Shown here: positions 29,335 through 38,891 of the stretch, piece by piece | Position numbering within the stretch: position 1 is the first letter of the stretch | Layout of the letters: every line of letters starts with the position of its first letter | DNA from: Candidatus Bathyarchaeia archaeon | GTDB taxonomy: Archaea > Thermoproteota > Bathyarchaeia > TCS64 | Assembly (NCBI GenBank): GCA_050014495.1 | Contig: JBEKDF010000001.1 | Span: forward strand, 128,001 to 192,000 | Direction of reading: 5' to 3' | Length of the DNA stretch: 64,000 bases | The notes under the pieces: model-generated | Told to the model about the DNA's origin: nothing | Seen by the model: the letters and a program-made list of their open reading frames with translations, nothing else | The model's database searches: none | Program-made: the position numbers and the translations under genes

Positions 29335-29431
29335 GAGTATCTCGAATCATGAGATGCGCTTGAATAAGTATCTTGTCGACTGAGACGGGGGTGAAACTTT
29401 TATGTGGGATTCGAACGCTTTCAGATGGTGT

Positions 29432-29509
29432 GCCCTGGTAGCTCAGCCTGGCTAGAGCGGCAGCCTTGTAAGCTGTAGGTCACGGGTCCAAATCCCGTCT
29501 AGGGCTCCA
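29432..29509 (+). tRNA. tRNA-Thr(TGT), CCA encoded, T-loop TCCAAAT
   Basis: GCCCTGG/CTAGGGC acceptor, CTTGTAA anticodon loop. Confidence 0.9.
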
Positions 29510-29514
29510 TACTC

Positions 29515-30123
29515 CTAAGTTAGTGTCATCTGCCTGCTTTTGGGCTGACGTTTCCCAGAGGGCAGCCTCGTTGATCTTGTGATCGGTGCTGGCTTTGATT
29601 CGCCTCTTATCCTGGGTTTTGCTTCTTCTGGCTTCTCGACTTTTACGGTAACTTTCTCCTTTCTCGTCTTCGGCTTCTCGACCTTAGTCGTTTTCCCAGC
29701 CTTGACAGGTTTTACCGCCTTAGCGGCACGCTTTCTTCGGGTTTTACCGACTTCATTGAGTTTCTCTGACTTCCTCCTCCGCTCCTTCTTCTCCGCTTTC
29801 TCATCTCTCGCCGCCACCTTCAGGGGGTTGATGAGCTCGGCCTTCTCCGGGTGGTTCATTGCGATATGCTTTTTGAGGCCTGACTCGCTGTTCATGATTT
29901 TGCCGCAGATTGGGCAAGGGATGCTAACGGCGACGAATTCGACATCCTTGCCTAGGTACTCGCGGCGGAACTTAGAGGAGAGACGCTCCGCCTCCTCGTA
30001 GCTGACCCTTCCATCTGTCTTTATGGCTATCCCAATCGTGATGTTGAAGGAGTCGTGCCTTTCGCTGTCCCTGGCTACTCCAATCTCCTTAACTGGGCCC
30101 TTCAGCTTGAGGTCGTCTGCCAC
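29515..30123 (-). CDS. C2H2 zinc-finger protein with a long Lys/Arg-rich tail
   Basis: CPICGK...GLKKHIAMNH followed by a basic low-complexity region. Confidence 0.7.
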   Translation of the reverse strand: MADDLKLKGPVKEIGVARDSERHDSFNITIGIAIKTDGRVSYEEAERLSSKFRREYLGKDVEFVAVSIPCPICGKIMNSESGLKKHIAMNHPEKAELINPLKVAARDEKAEKKERRRKSEKLNEVGKTRRKRAAKAVKPVKAGKTTKVEKPKTRKEKVTVKVEKPEEAKPRIRGESKPAPITRSTRLPSGKRQPKSRQMTLT

Positions 30124-30271
30124 CCTGTTCCCTTCAGAATACTTGCTCTGTGTACCTGAATCGTCTAAGTGCTTAAAAGCGTGTTCTTTCTTTTAGGACA
30201 GTCTCATCTATTAAAAATTCCTCGAGACAATCACAATTGATGGAAATGATTGTTAAAATAGGTTATATCAT

Positions 30272-31369
30272 TTATTTCTTGTACATACCGTACTTCCAGA
30301 TGGCTCTGCCAACAGCATTGTAGTTGGCAATGGGCATGTCTGAGAAAACTGTGCAGCCTGGGCTGAGCATGAATCCTCCACCCTCTGCGCAGTCTTCAAT
30401 GGCCTTCTTAGCAGCATTCTCGACCTGTTTCGGAGTCCCCTTTCTGAGGACTTCCTCATGGTCAAGTCCCCCGCAGATCGCGAACTTGTTTCCATAGATC
30501 TCCTTAGCCCGGCTAGTGGGGGTCCATGTGTGGCTGGCCCAATTAATTGCTGTGACTGGGTACTTTTTGAACCAGCCTGCTTCCATCAGTTTCTCGGGGT
30601 TGCCCTCTGGTGTGCTACAAATGTGCATGAATTTGATAGGACATTTTACTGCGTCGAGGACCTTCTTATCGTAGCCAAGGGCGAACTCCTCGAGTTGCTT
30701 CTGGTCGAGATCCTTCCAGATACGGCCTCCTCCGCCTATCCCGAAGAAGATGCCGGCAGCACCAGCGTCAACGCAAGCCTTAGCGAATTCTTTAGTGGTT
30801 TCAGTTATGGTCTCTAAGCCTTGCCTGAGTGTGTCAGGGTTCTGTTTCATGTCCTTGAGTACCTGCTCAGGGGTAGAGACGCCATTCATCGCTTGGATAA
30901 TAGGACTGGGTATAGTGTAGATGAAGGGTACCCTGCGAAGGTCGCGAGCCAGAATCTCGTTGCATCTCACGTACTCACGAAGCTCCTTCTTAGGATCGAG
31001 AACCCAAAGTTTCTCCCAGTCCTTCGTCTTCGTGACTGTAACCTCCTTCGTGGATGCATCCTCCTCGTTATTGACGAATTCGAACTTGCTCCCCCACTGA
31101 ATCGCCATGAAGCGATAGTAAGGAGTGACCTTCAGCATGTCCATGCTGTAGTCGAGCTCGCGTAGCAGGGCGATATGCGCTTTGGCGGACTCCTCGCCAT
31201 CGCGTGTACACTTCTCCCAACTGTAGCCATTGAGCCACTTGCAGGCGGGGAAATGGCCCCAGAGCGCCCATGGGACGCGGTCGGGGATCTTGCGTTGCAT
31301 TACTGCAAATACACGATCAAATCTCTCGGACTCCATCTCGGATCGTATGGGATAGGTTGCATGAATCAT
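30272..31369 (-). CDS. Uroporphyrinogen decarboxylase / MtaA-CmuA superfamily protein
   Basis: PDRVP, MHIC, ICGGLD, GGFMLSPGC. Confidence 0.85.
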   Translation of the reverse strand: MIHATYPIRSEMESERFDRVFAVMQRKIPDRVPWALWGHFPACKWLNGYSWEKCTRDGEESAKAHIALLRELDYSMDMLKVTPYYRFMAIQWGSKFEFVNNEEDASTKEVTVTKTKDWEKLWVLDPKKELREYVRCNEILARDLRRVPFIYTIPSPIIQAMNGVSTPEQVLKDMKQNPDTLRQGLETITETTKEFAKACVDAGAAGIFFGIGGGGRIWKDLDQKQLEEFALGYDKKVLDAVKCPIKFMHICSTPEGNPEKLMEAGWFKKYPVTAINWASHTWTPTSRAKEIYGNKFAICGGLDHEEVLRKGTPKQVENAAKKAIEDCAEGGGFMLSPGCTVFSDMPIANYNAVGRAIWKYGMYKK

Positions 31370-31442
31370 AAAAAGGCGTCCCCGGCTTGATAACCTCTAT
31401 AAATAACCTAAACATTGGCTTCATTATTATGTGGCATTTAAA

Positions 31443-32585
31443 ATGAAGTACAGAAGGTTCGGCAAGTTGGACTGGAAGCCCTCGGCTCTGGGCTTTGGCG
31501 CAATGAGGCTTCCTATACTTGATGGCGATGCGGGCAAGATTAACGAGCCCCTTGCCATCGAGATGATTAGGTACGCAATAAACAATGGCGTAAACTACAT
31601 GGACTCCGCTTATCCCTACCATAAAGAGCAGAGCGAGATAATCGTTGGCAAAGCGCTGAGGGATGGTTATAGAGAAAGAGTCAAGCTAGCTACGAAGATG
31701 CCCTGCTGGCTCGTAAACACGGCAGACGACTTCGACAAGTACTTTAACGAGCAGCTGAGGAAGTTGCAAACGAATAAGGTCGATTTTTACCTCCTCCACG
31801 GCCTGGGTAAGAAGAGTTGGCCAAAAGTGCAGGACCTCGGTGTTCTCAAGTGGGCTGAAAAGAAGCTTGACGAAGGCAAGATTGGTTACTTAGGGTTCAG
31901 CTTCCACGATGAGCTTCCCTCCTTCAAGGAGATAGTAGACGCCCACGAATGGACCTTCTGCCAAATTCAGTACAATTATATGGATACTAATTATCAAGCG
32001 GGTATGGAGGGATTGCACTACGCCGCGAAGAATGGGCTCGCTGTCGTCGTCATGGAGCCCATCGCTGGTGGACGCCTCGCTATTGATCCTCCGGATGGCA
32101 TAAAGAAGCTCTGGAGGGAGGGCCATCATCGGTGGAAACCCGCGGAGTGGGCGCTTCAATGGGTCTGGAACCAGCCGGAGGTCAGCCTACTCCTGAGCGG
32201 CATGAGTGCCATGCAGCATGTCGAGGAGAACGTTAAGGCAGCGGACAGAAGTGGCGTCGGCAAGCTTACGAGAGACGATATACGCCTCATCGACAGAGTG
32301 GCTAAGAAGTACAAGGAAATGGGTTTCGTAGGATGCACTGGTTGCAGGTACTGCACACCGTGCCCTAGCGGTGTAGCAATTCCCGATATATTTGCCATAT
32401 TCAATGAGTTCTACATGAAGGATAGGGACCCTGCGGTGAAGGCAAAATATAGGGAGCAGCTTAAGCAGGATCAGTGGGCGAAGAACTGTACCCGTTGTGG
32501 ATGTTGCGAAGATTTGTGCCCCCAACACCTGCCCATAAGGGAACTGCTCCGCGGCGCGGGAGAGACCTTAGAAATGAACATGTAG
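31443..32585 (+). CDS. Aldo/keto reductase with a C-terminal 4Fe-4S domain
   Basis: LGFGAMRLP, GFSFHD, QIQYNYMD, CTGCRYCTPCP, CTRCGCCEDLCPQ. Confidence 0.92.
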   Translation: MKYRRFGKLDWKPSALGFGAMRLPILDGDAGKINEPLAIEMIRYAINNGVNYMDSAYPYHKEQSEIIVGKALRDGYRERVKLATKMPCWLVNTADDFDKYFNEQLRKLQTNKVDFYLLHGLGKKSWPKVQDLGVLKWAEKKLDEGKIGYLGFSFHDELPSFKEIVDAHEWTFCQIQYNYMDTNYQAGMEGLHYAAKNGLAVVVMEPIAGGRLAIDPPDGIKKLWREGHHRWKPAEWALQWVWNQPEVSLLLSGMSAMQHVEENVKAADRSGVGKLTRDDIRLIDRVAKKYKEMGFVGCTGCRYCTPCPSGVAIPDIFAIFNEFYMKDRDPAVKAKYREQLKQDQWAKNCTRCGCCEDLCPQHLPIRELLRGAGETLEMNM

Positions 32586-32683
32586 CCATCTCAAATGCAA
32601 TAGATCGATGAATTTAATTCAAATCGACCTCACATTTTTCAGCGCACGGTCATTTAGTGGAATTAGGGTACAGTTCAATGGGT

Positions 32684-32702
32684 CGGGTAAAAATTTTACC
32701 CG
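32684..32702. promoter_or_regulatory. 19-bp palindrome upstream of the MFS promoter
   Basis: CGGGTAAAA-A-TTTTACCCG. Confidence 0.55.
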
Positions 32703-32764
32703 GGTCTCGCTTGAGAAGGCTTATTAGCTTAAGACACTCCGTCGGTTCTGTTTAGTCCGAGGAG

Positions 32765-34042
32765 ATGCCCAGCACGGGGACCAATAGACTGAGAGATGTA
32801 ATCAAGGGCAATGTCCTCGTCCTCACCGTAAGCAGCATCCTATGGAACTTCTCGGACACCATCACATACGCGTACCTAAGTCTCTACATACTATCTCTAG
32901 GTGGAGACTACGTCACAATTGGCGTAGTAAACTCTATTGCGAGTATATCCGCAATCGTCCTCTATCCAGTCGGAGGCTATATCGCGGATAAGGCAGGAAG
33001 GGCTAAACTAATTGGATTATCAACATTACTATACACCTCGAGCTACGCTCTTTTCGCGATTGCAAATACTTGGCAAGTAGTAGCAATTGCGATGATCTAC
33101 CAGCAAGTAATCCTCTTCTATATGCCGGCGATAAACGCCCTAATGGCGGACTCTATCCCAGTAGGTTCAAGGGGTAGGATGTATGCCATCACCGTGGGTT
33201 TCCCCGAGGCAGTAAGAGTCATCATACCTTACCTCGGTGGATATTTGATCGCCCTCCTCACACTCCAGCCAGCTATGCGTGTTGGCTACACCATAGGATT
33301 CTGTCTTGGTTGGCTTGTCACATTCATCAGGCTTCGCTACCTGAAGGAGACGATCAATACGACTGAGCCGATTGGTAAGGATCTCAAAAAGATATTCAAG
33401 GAGTCATACAAAGGGGCATTCTCCTCAATCCGTTGGATGTTTAAAAATATCAGGGGATTCTTAGTGGTCGCGATCATTGTCGCTTTCTCTGGCAACTTCG
33501 TCATGCCATTCTGGATAGTCTTCGCCCAGCAAGTCAAAGGGTTGACTCCCTACGAATGGGGCATCATCCTTCTTCTCTCGGGCGTGACACGAGCGACAAG
33601 CAGCCTCCTAATCGGCGGTCTCATCGATAGGATTGGTGCGAAGAGATGCATGCTCATAGGCTTCGCCCTCACGATACCAAGCCTCATTCTCTTTGTCAAC
33701 GCCAACGGCTTCTGGCAGATGACACCCATATACCTCGTACTGGTTCTCGGCAGCACGTTCTCCTGGATAGCCTCCTCTGTGCTCCTAGCTAACATAATCC
33801 CCAAACAGCTTAGGGGGAGGATCATGTCGGGCATAGGGCAAGGCCTCGGCCTCGGAGTCTCGGGTGGCGGCTACGCGAGCGGTTTTCTGCTATTCATCCC
33901 TCTCAGTCTAGGCGCATTCATTGCTGGATACATTTTTGCGTACAACAGTGCACTGCCATGGTTCCTGCTTTCTGGATTCCTCGCTGTGGCTATGGCGATA
34001 ACATTTCTATTCGTAAAAGAGCCCCCGAAAGCTGAGGAGTAA
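32765..34042 (+). CDS. MFS transporter
   Basis: GYIADKAGR and GGLIDRIG motif A copies; many hydrophobic segments. Confidence 0.92.
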   Translation: MPSTGTNRLRDVIKGNVLVLTVSSILWNFSDTITYAYLSLYILSLGGDYVTIGVVNSIASISAIVLYPVGGYIADKAGRAKLIGLSTLLYTSSYALFAIANTWQVVAIAMIYQQVILFYMPAINALMADSIPVGSRGRMYAITVGFPEAVRVIIPYLGGYLIALLTLQPAMRVGYTIGFCLGWLVTFIRLRYLKETINTTEPIGKDLKKIFKESYKGAFSSIRWMFKNIRGFLVVAIIVAFSGNFVMPFWIVFAQQVKGLTPYEWGIILLLSGVTRATSSLLIGGLIDRIGAKRCMLIGFALTIPSLILFVNANGFWQMTPIYLVLVLGSTFSWIASSVLLANIIPKQLRGRIMSGIGQGLGLGVSGGGYASGFLLFIPLSLGAFIAGYIFAYNSALPWFLLSGFLAVAMAITFLFVKEPPKAEE

Positions 34043-34132
34043 GTCTCAAAACTATTATGTGCTGAGCAGGAACCGACCCGGGATGCTTTTTAAGTCTGGC
34101 ACATCGATTCTATCAGAACACAGGGGTTAGCT

Positions 34133-35623
34133 TTGGACTTCGATATTGAACGATACACTCCGATGCCCGTCGCCTACGAGCTCAGGTATATGATGCTGAA
34201 GAAGCTACGCGATGGCGAGGACCCACTACCCGATATAGAGGGTAGGGAGGAGACGAAGGCGGACGTTATAAGATCGGTTCTCAGCGGCAGTTACCCTTAC
34301 CTCGTTAGTAGGGAGGGAACAGGGAAGACTCGTCTTGCGGAGAGTCTCGCTAAGCTCCTCCCACCAGTCCCCAAAATAAAGGGCTGTCCCTACAACTGCG
34401 ACCCCAAGTGGCCCGAGGAGTGGAAGTGTCCAAGTTGCCAGGGTAAAGAGGAGCCGGAGATTGAGATCATTTCGGGCATCCAGCGCTATAGCAGGATTCA
34501 GGGAAACGAGTACACTAACGAGGCGAAGATTCTTGGCGTCAAGGATATCCAAGCCATAGTTCAGGGTGAGAGCCCAACGGACCCACGCGCATTCATAGGC
34601 ACAGGTGTCCTCCGCGGTAACAGAGGAGTCGTCTGCGTCGACGAGCTCCCTGCTATACCCACAAAGGTGCAGGTACTCTTTCATCCAATGCTACAAGAAG
34701 GCAAGGTTGTCCTCGAGGAGTACAACTGGGTACGACCCATCGACATATTCTTTGTCGCCACCGGCAACCCCACAGGATTCAGCCACGTCAATAGAGTCCC
34801 AGAACCCCTACTTGACCGACTTGAGCTCATCCCTATGACTCTCCCCGACGAGAATATTGAGCGCGAAATCATGCTAAAAGAGAGCTTCAAAATCCGAGAC
34901 GAGTTCTTCCTCGATAAGACAAAGATGACAACTGAGGAACCCATATACGTGAAGCCTGAAGAACTAAAACGAAGGGCATCAGTACCCTGGTGGATAGTCG
35001 ATGCTGTCGAGAAAACCGTCCGCTATTCACGCGACTGCCCTAATATCGATCGTGGGAGCAGTATACGAGGCTCAATAAAGAGCCTTGACCACACTTTAAG
35101 CTCCACTGAGCGGGTGGGGAAGAGCGTCGCGGGCCTCAGAGAAGCATCCGATGGGTTAAAACTCGCCCTCAGAGGTAGGATCAGGCTCCGTGCGGACCTC
35201 GTAGGTTTCGACGATAGCCCCGCCTCCTTTATGGTAAAAAACGACGAGGTTGTCGAGGACATCCTCTGGTATGCAGCACGGGATGTCGGTATCAGTATAC
35301 TCAAGGGAGTTGAAATAGACCCACGCCAACTCGCTGGCGAGATCAACGCCATACTATCTAGCGATGATATAATTGAGGACCTCCAGGATCATCCAGCTAC
35401 TTACCGTGTCGTCCGATTCATGGAGGAGAACCAACCATGGGAGAGCCCGAGTCTCTTTAGCGGCCTCGGCGACCTCATCAGGGACAGACCCGAGGCCTTA
35501 GATGTCGACACACTCAGTGAGTATAGGGGAAGCGCCCTTGAGCTCCTTGCCCACGCCCTAACCGCTGGTAAAATCGTAGAGGCAAAGATTGATAACGCCT
35601 ACGCCCCAAAGCGGATGGTGTAG
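34133..35623 (+). CDS. AAA+ ATPase, Mg-chelatase ChlI/MoxR-like
   Basis: SREGTGKT Walker A, VCVDE Walker B, ATGNP, PLLDR. Confidence 0.82.
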   Translation: MDFDIERYTPMPVAYELRYMMLKKLRDGEDPLPDIEGREETKADVIRSVLSGSYPYLVSREGTGKTRLAESLAKLLPPVPKIKGCPYNCDPKWPEEWKCPSCQGKEEPEIEIISGIQRYSRIQGNEYTNEAKILGVKDIQAIVQGESPTDPRAFIGTGVLRGNRGVVCVDELPAIPTKVQVLFHPMLQEGKVVLEEYNWVRPIDIFFVATGNPTGFSHVNRVPEPLLDRLELIPMTLPDENIEREIMLKESFKIRDEFFLDKTKMTTEEPIYVKPEELKRRASVPWWIVDAVEKTVRYSRDCPNIDRGSSIRGSIKSLDHTLSSTERVGKSVAGLREASDGLKLALRGRIRLRADLVGFDDSPASFMVKNDEVVEDILWYAARDVGISILKGVEIDPRQLAGEINAILSSDDIIEDLQDHPATYRVVRFMEENQPWESPSLFSGLGDLIRDRPEALDVDTLSEYRGSALELLAHALTAGKIVEAKIDNAYAPKRMV

Positions 35624-35625
35624 CA

Positions 35626-36861
35626 GTGAATACACCCAACCCCTGCAGCGATATTAAGGATAACACTCTAGACCTCCTACGTGACGCTGTAAAAATGCAG
35701 ATGGGGAAGGGCCTTGACCAGGACTCTGAGATGATGGAGAAGGTCAGGAAGAAGGCCGAGGATCGCCTAGAGACCAACCAGAAGAAGAGGGAGAAGCTTG
35801 AGAACCAGCTTGAGCAGATCAAAGCCAAAATGATGATGAAAGCCGTTGAGAAGCTCCTCGATGGAGTGACGGATGAGGAGGCCCTTCAAGAGCTAGAGTT
35901 CACAGAAGAGATGGAGACGCTAAAAGAGCAGATTGAGCAGCTTGACCTGGAGCCTCACGCTGTGAGTCAGGAGGACTTTGATGAAGCGCTTCGCGATCTC
36001 GAGAAAAAGGGTCTACTTGACGGCAGGGGAAGAGGCGTCGTACTCACGAGCAAGGGTGCCCAATTATTGGGTAGAGGTTTTCTTAGTTTAATACTAATGA
36101 ACCTCGCCCGGAAAGGTTTAGGCGCTCACAGGGTCGAGGACATAGGTCACGGCCCATGGCTCGCTGCGACCTACCGTCCCTATGAGCCCGGAGACCCATA
36201 CGATAGGATAAACATCGAACGCACACTCATGGCCGCCATCGAAAGAGGTGGCGGATTCCGCGAGATGAAGACGAGCGATTTTCGTATCCACGATAGTCGC
36301 CACGCCACCGAGGTCCACTTCGGCGTTCTCGTCGACCAGAGCGCTTCGATGAAGAAGAAGGGAAAAATGGAGGCCGCTGTAGAGACGGCTCTAGCCCTCA
36401 GCGAGCTTATGCGCCTCGAATTTCCTGAGGACAAGCTACGCGTCTACGCTTTCAGCGAGGAGACAAAAATTGTGGAGCCATACCAACTCTCCGGCGTCAC
36501 CGTCCCTCAGCAGTTCACCGACATTCGGAGACCCCTACGCGTCTTCCGCCAAGCCGTTGCTATGGAACCCGGCAACAAGCAGGCACATCTCATCACCGAC
36601 TCCGCTCCCAACTTTCTTGATGGAGAGTTCGTGGGATTCAAGAAGGCAATGGAGGCAGTGATTGAGGAGGTCCGCTTATACCGACTTCACGACATTCTCC
36701 TCAACGTCGTCATGCTTGACGATGACCCTGAGCTCAGAGAGTTGGCTAAGCGAATAGCGCAAGTAAATAATGGGAGGGTCTTCTTTACTGACCCCAAGAA
36801 CCTCGGCGAGACTCTCGTGGAAGATTATCTCTGGTCGAAAAAGGAAATTCTTAGCCTCTGA
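35626..36861 (+). CDS. VWA domain protein, partner of the AAA ATPase
   Basis: VLVDQSASM MIDAS, LITDSAP, GRVFF. Confidence 0.85.
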   Translation: MNTPNPCSDIKDNTLDLLRDAVKMQMGKGLDQDSEMMEKVRKKAEDRLETNQKKREKLENQLEQIKAKMMMKAVEKLLDGVTDEEALQELEFTEEMETLKEQIEQLDLEPHAVSQEDFDEALRDLEKKGLLDGRGRGVVLTSKGAQLLGRGFLSLILMNLARKGLGAHRVEDIGHGPWLAATYRPYEPGDPYDRINIERTLMAAIERGGGFREMKTSDFRIHDSRHATEVHFGVLVDQSASMKKKGKMEAAVETALALSELMRLEFPEDKLRVYAFSEETKIVEPYQLSGVTVPQQFTDIRRPLRVFRQAVAMEPGNKQAHLITDSAPNFLDGEFVGFKKAMEAVIEEVRLYRLHDILLNVVMLDDDPELRELAKRIAQVNNGRVFFTDPKNLGETLVEDYLWSKKEILSL

Positions 36862-37025
36862 AGGGGTTGATGAGGTTAGATAAAAAAATATGTGGTGGGA
36901 AGTATATTAAGAAGCTTAGGATTTATCAATTAGTCTGGACACCACCTCCCCCACATTTTGGCCATTGCATCTCTCCTTAAATGGGTTTATGGAGCCTTGA
37001 TCCGTCTTAATGTAGTTACTCGCCT

Positions 37026-37505
37026 CTATTTCCTGAACCTGGCCTCGACAAGCTCCGAGATATCGATGTTCTCTCCCACTGAATAAAGCCACAGTGAGAT
37101 CGAGGTGGGGCCAACGTGCTTGAAGCGGGTGTTAACCCTTCTGATTACTCCTTGGTAGTTGTTCGACTTATCGAGACCATCGAGCCAGGACGCGACACTC
37201 CCACTATCACTAACTATTCTCTCAAACTCACGGGCGTTGTGGATGGTCGCGAGTATCTTATTGCGGTTCCTGATTATCTTGGCATCTCCCAAGAGTCGGG
37301 TGATATCAGTTGCTCTATAGCCTGCTACCCGTTGGATCTCAAAGTTCTCGAACGCATTCTTGAAGGCAGGCCACTTCCCCGCGATAGTAGCCCAGTTCAA
37401 GCCGGATTGGAAGACGCAACGGCTAAGGTTCTCGAAATAGGCTGAGTCTGTAGGAGGCCTCCGCCCTCTATACATCCAACTCGTATAGACTGAATCGTCT
37501 CCCAT
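37026..37505 (-). CDS. tag: DNA-3-methyladenine glycosylase I family
   Basis: FQSGLNW, IIRNRNKILATIHNA, FKHVGPT. Confidence 0.85.
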   Translation of the reverse strand: MGDDSVYTSWMYRGRRPPTDSAYFENLSRCVFQSGLNWATIAGKWPAFKNAFENFEIQRVAGYRATDITRLLGDAKIIRNRNKILATIHNAREFERIVSDSGSVASWLDGLDKSNNYQGVIRRVNTRFKHVGPTSISLWLYSVGENIDISELVEARFRK

Positions 37506-37536
37506 GACTGATTTATTTAGTTTAGCGCTTTTGAGG

Positions 37537-38154
37537 TTACGGCTTCATATATGCCCTATTGATAATTACGTCCTTCACGGGCCAATTATCGTAGGGAATG
37601 GTCTGATTATAGGCGGGGAGGAAGATGCTCCTTGTAGCTGTCTGCGTCTTAGCAATCTGGTTGACAACATCCATACCTGAGATCACCTTTCCGAACACGG
37701 CATAGCCTGCGTTGTTCGTTGAATAGTCAAGGTTTGCATTATCAACGAGGTTTATGTAGAACTGACTTGTAGCACTGTCCGATGCGCTCGTTCGTGCCAT
37801 AGCAATTGTCCCAGCTAAATTTTTCAAGCCATTGTTAGACTCAAGTTTAATCGGAGCATTAGTAGCCTTCTCCGTTCCGTTCACTGAGAAACCTCCACCC
37901 TGGATTACGAAGCCCGGCATCACCCTGTGGAATACTGTGCCGTCATAGAAACCCGCCTTTACATATGTGACAAAGTTGTTGACGGTTATAGGGGCATGCT
38001 GACGGTCAAGTTGGATCTCAATTGTACCCATAGAGGTTTCGAATACAACTATCTCCGTGGGTTGTCCAATGAATTGGGATAATACCACGAGACCTGAGGC
38101 TGTCAAAACCACGATTACAGCGATGGATATTATCGCCTTTCGGCTGAACTTCAT
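37537..38154 (-). CDS. Cyclophilin-type PPIase with an N-terminal signal anchor
   Basis: Hydrophobic N-terminus; FHRVMPGFVIQGGG, GYAVFGKV. Confidence 0.92.
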   Translation of the reverse strand: MKFSRKAIISIAVIVVLTASGLVVLSQFIGQPTEIVVFETSMGTIEIQLDRQHAPITVNNFVTYVKAGFYDGTVFHRVMPGFVIQGGGFSVNGTEKATNAPIKLESNNGLKNLAGTIAMARTSASDSATSQFYINLVDNANLDYSTNNAGYAVFGKVISGMDVVNQIAKTQTATRSIFLPAYNQTIPYDNWPVKDVIINRAYMKP

Positions 38155-38204
38155 AGTTCAGGAGAAATGCTGCTAACCTCTAAAAGGTTTGTTACCAGAA
38201 GTGG

Positions 38205-38759
38205 CTAAGTTAGAATACTGAGGAGGTCCGCCTTCGTCACTATTCCGACGATGCTGCCCTTCCTCTGAACAAGGACTGCTGAGTAGAACTTAAGGAGGTT
38301 TGTGAGGAGAGATATAGGGGCGTCCTCACCCACCTGTGGGAAGGGTTCGTCCATAATCTCGGATACTACTTTGGCCTGACTCTCGTTCTTCTTAGCAGCA
38401 AGCATATGGTCAAGGAGGGTACCCTCATTTATACTCCCGACAGGACGCTCCCCATCCATGACAGGGAGTTGACTAAAGCCGTTTCTCCTCATTATGTCGA
38501 TTGCGTCCGATATATGTGTGGTCTTCTGTATCCCGACGACGGAACGGTTCATTATCTGACCCGCGGAAACCTGTTTCTCCTGCTCGAGCCTGTCAAGCGC
38601 CTCAAAGAGTGCCTTAACCTTGGAATAGCTCGGCTCGATGTTCCCGGCCTCAAGCTTCGCTATATAGCTCTGACTCACACCAGCGAGTTCAGCGAGCTGG
38701 CTCTGGGTGAGCCCAAGCTTCCGTCTCCTCTTGGGGATTATCTCAAGCGCGGGTAGCAT
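38205..38759 (-). CDS. XRE-HTH + CBS pair transcriptional regulator
   Basis: LGLTQSQLAELAGVSQSYIAKLEAG; GFSQLPV, GIVTKADL. Confidence 0.9.
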   Translation of the reverse strand: MLPALEIIPKRRRKLGLTQSQLAELAGVSQSYIAKLEAGNIEPSYSKVKALFEALDRLEQEKQVSAGQIMNRSVVGIQKTTHISDAIDIMRRNGFSQLPVMDGERPVGSINEGTLLDHMLAAKKNESQAKVVSEIMDEPFPQVGEDAPISLLTNLLKFYSAVLVQRKGSIVGIVTKADLLSILT

Positions 38760-38891
38760 AGGGGGATACGGGAGCGGAGTATAGATATATTCTTTTCTGA
38801 ATACTGAACGAGGTCGTTTATGCAAAGGAATAATTTCAGGGAACAAGGAAAATATTCACTTAAAGGCGCGGATCTTGCCAGGGAAGAAATG

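Noticed and set aside
36926..36970. 14-aa ORF MQWPKCGGGGVQTN with a good RBS on the minus strand
   Set aside because: Too short to support; at most a relic of a CPxCG zinc-ribbon gene.
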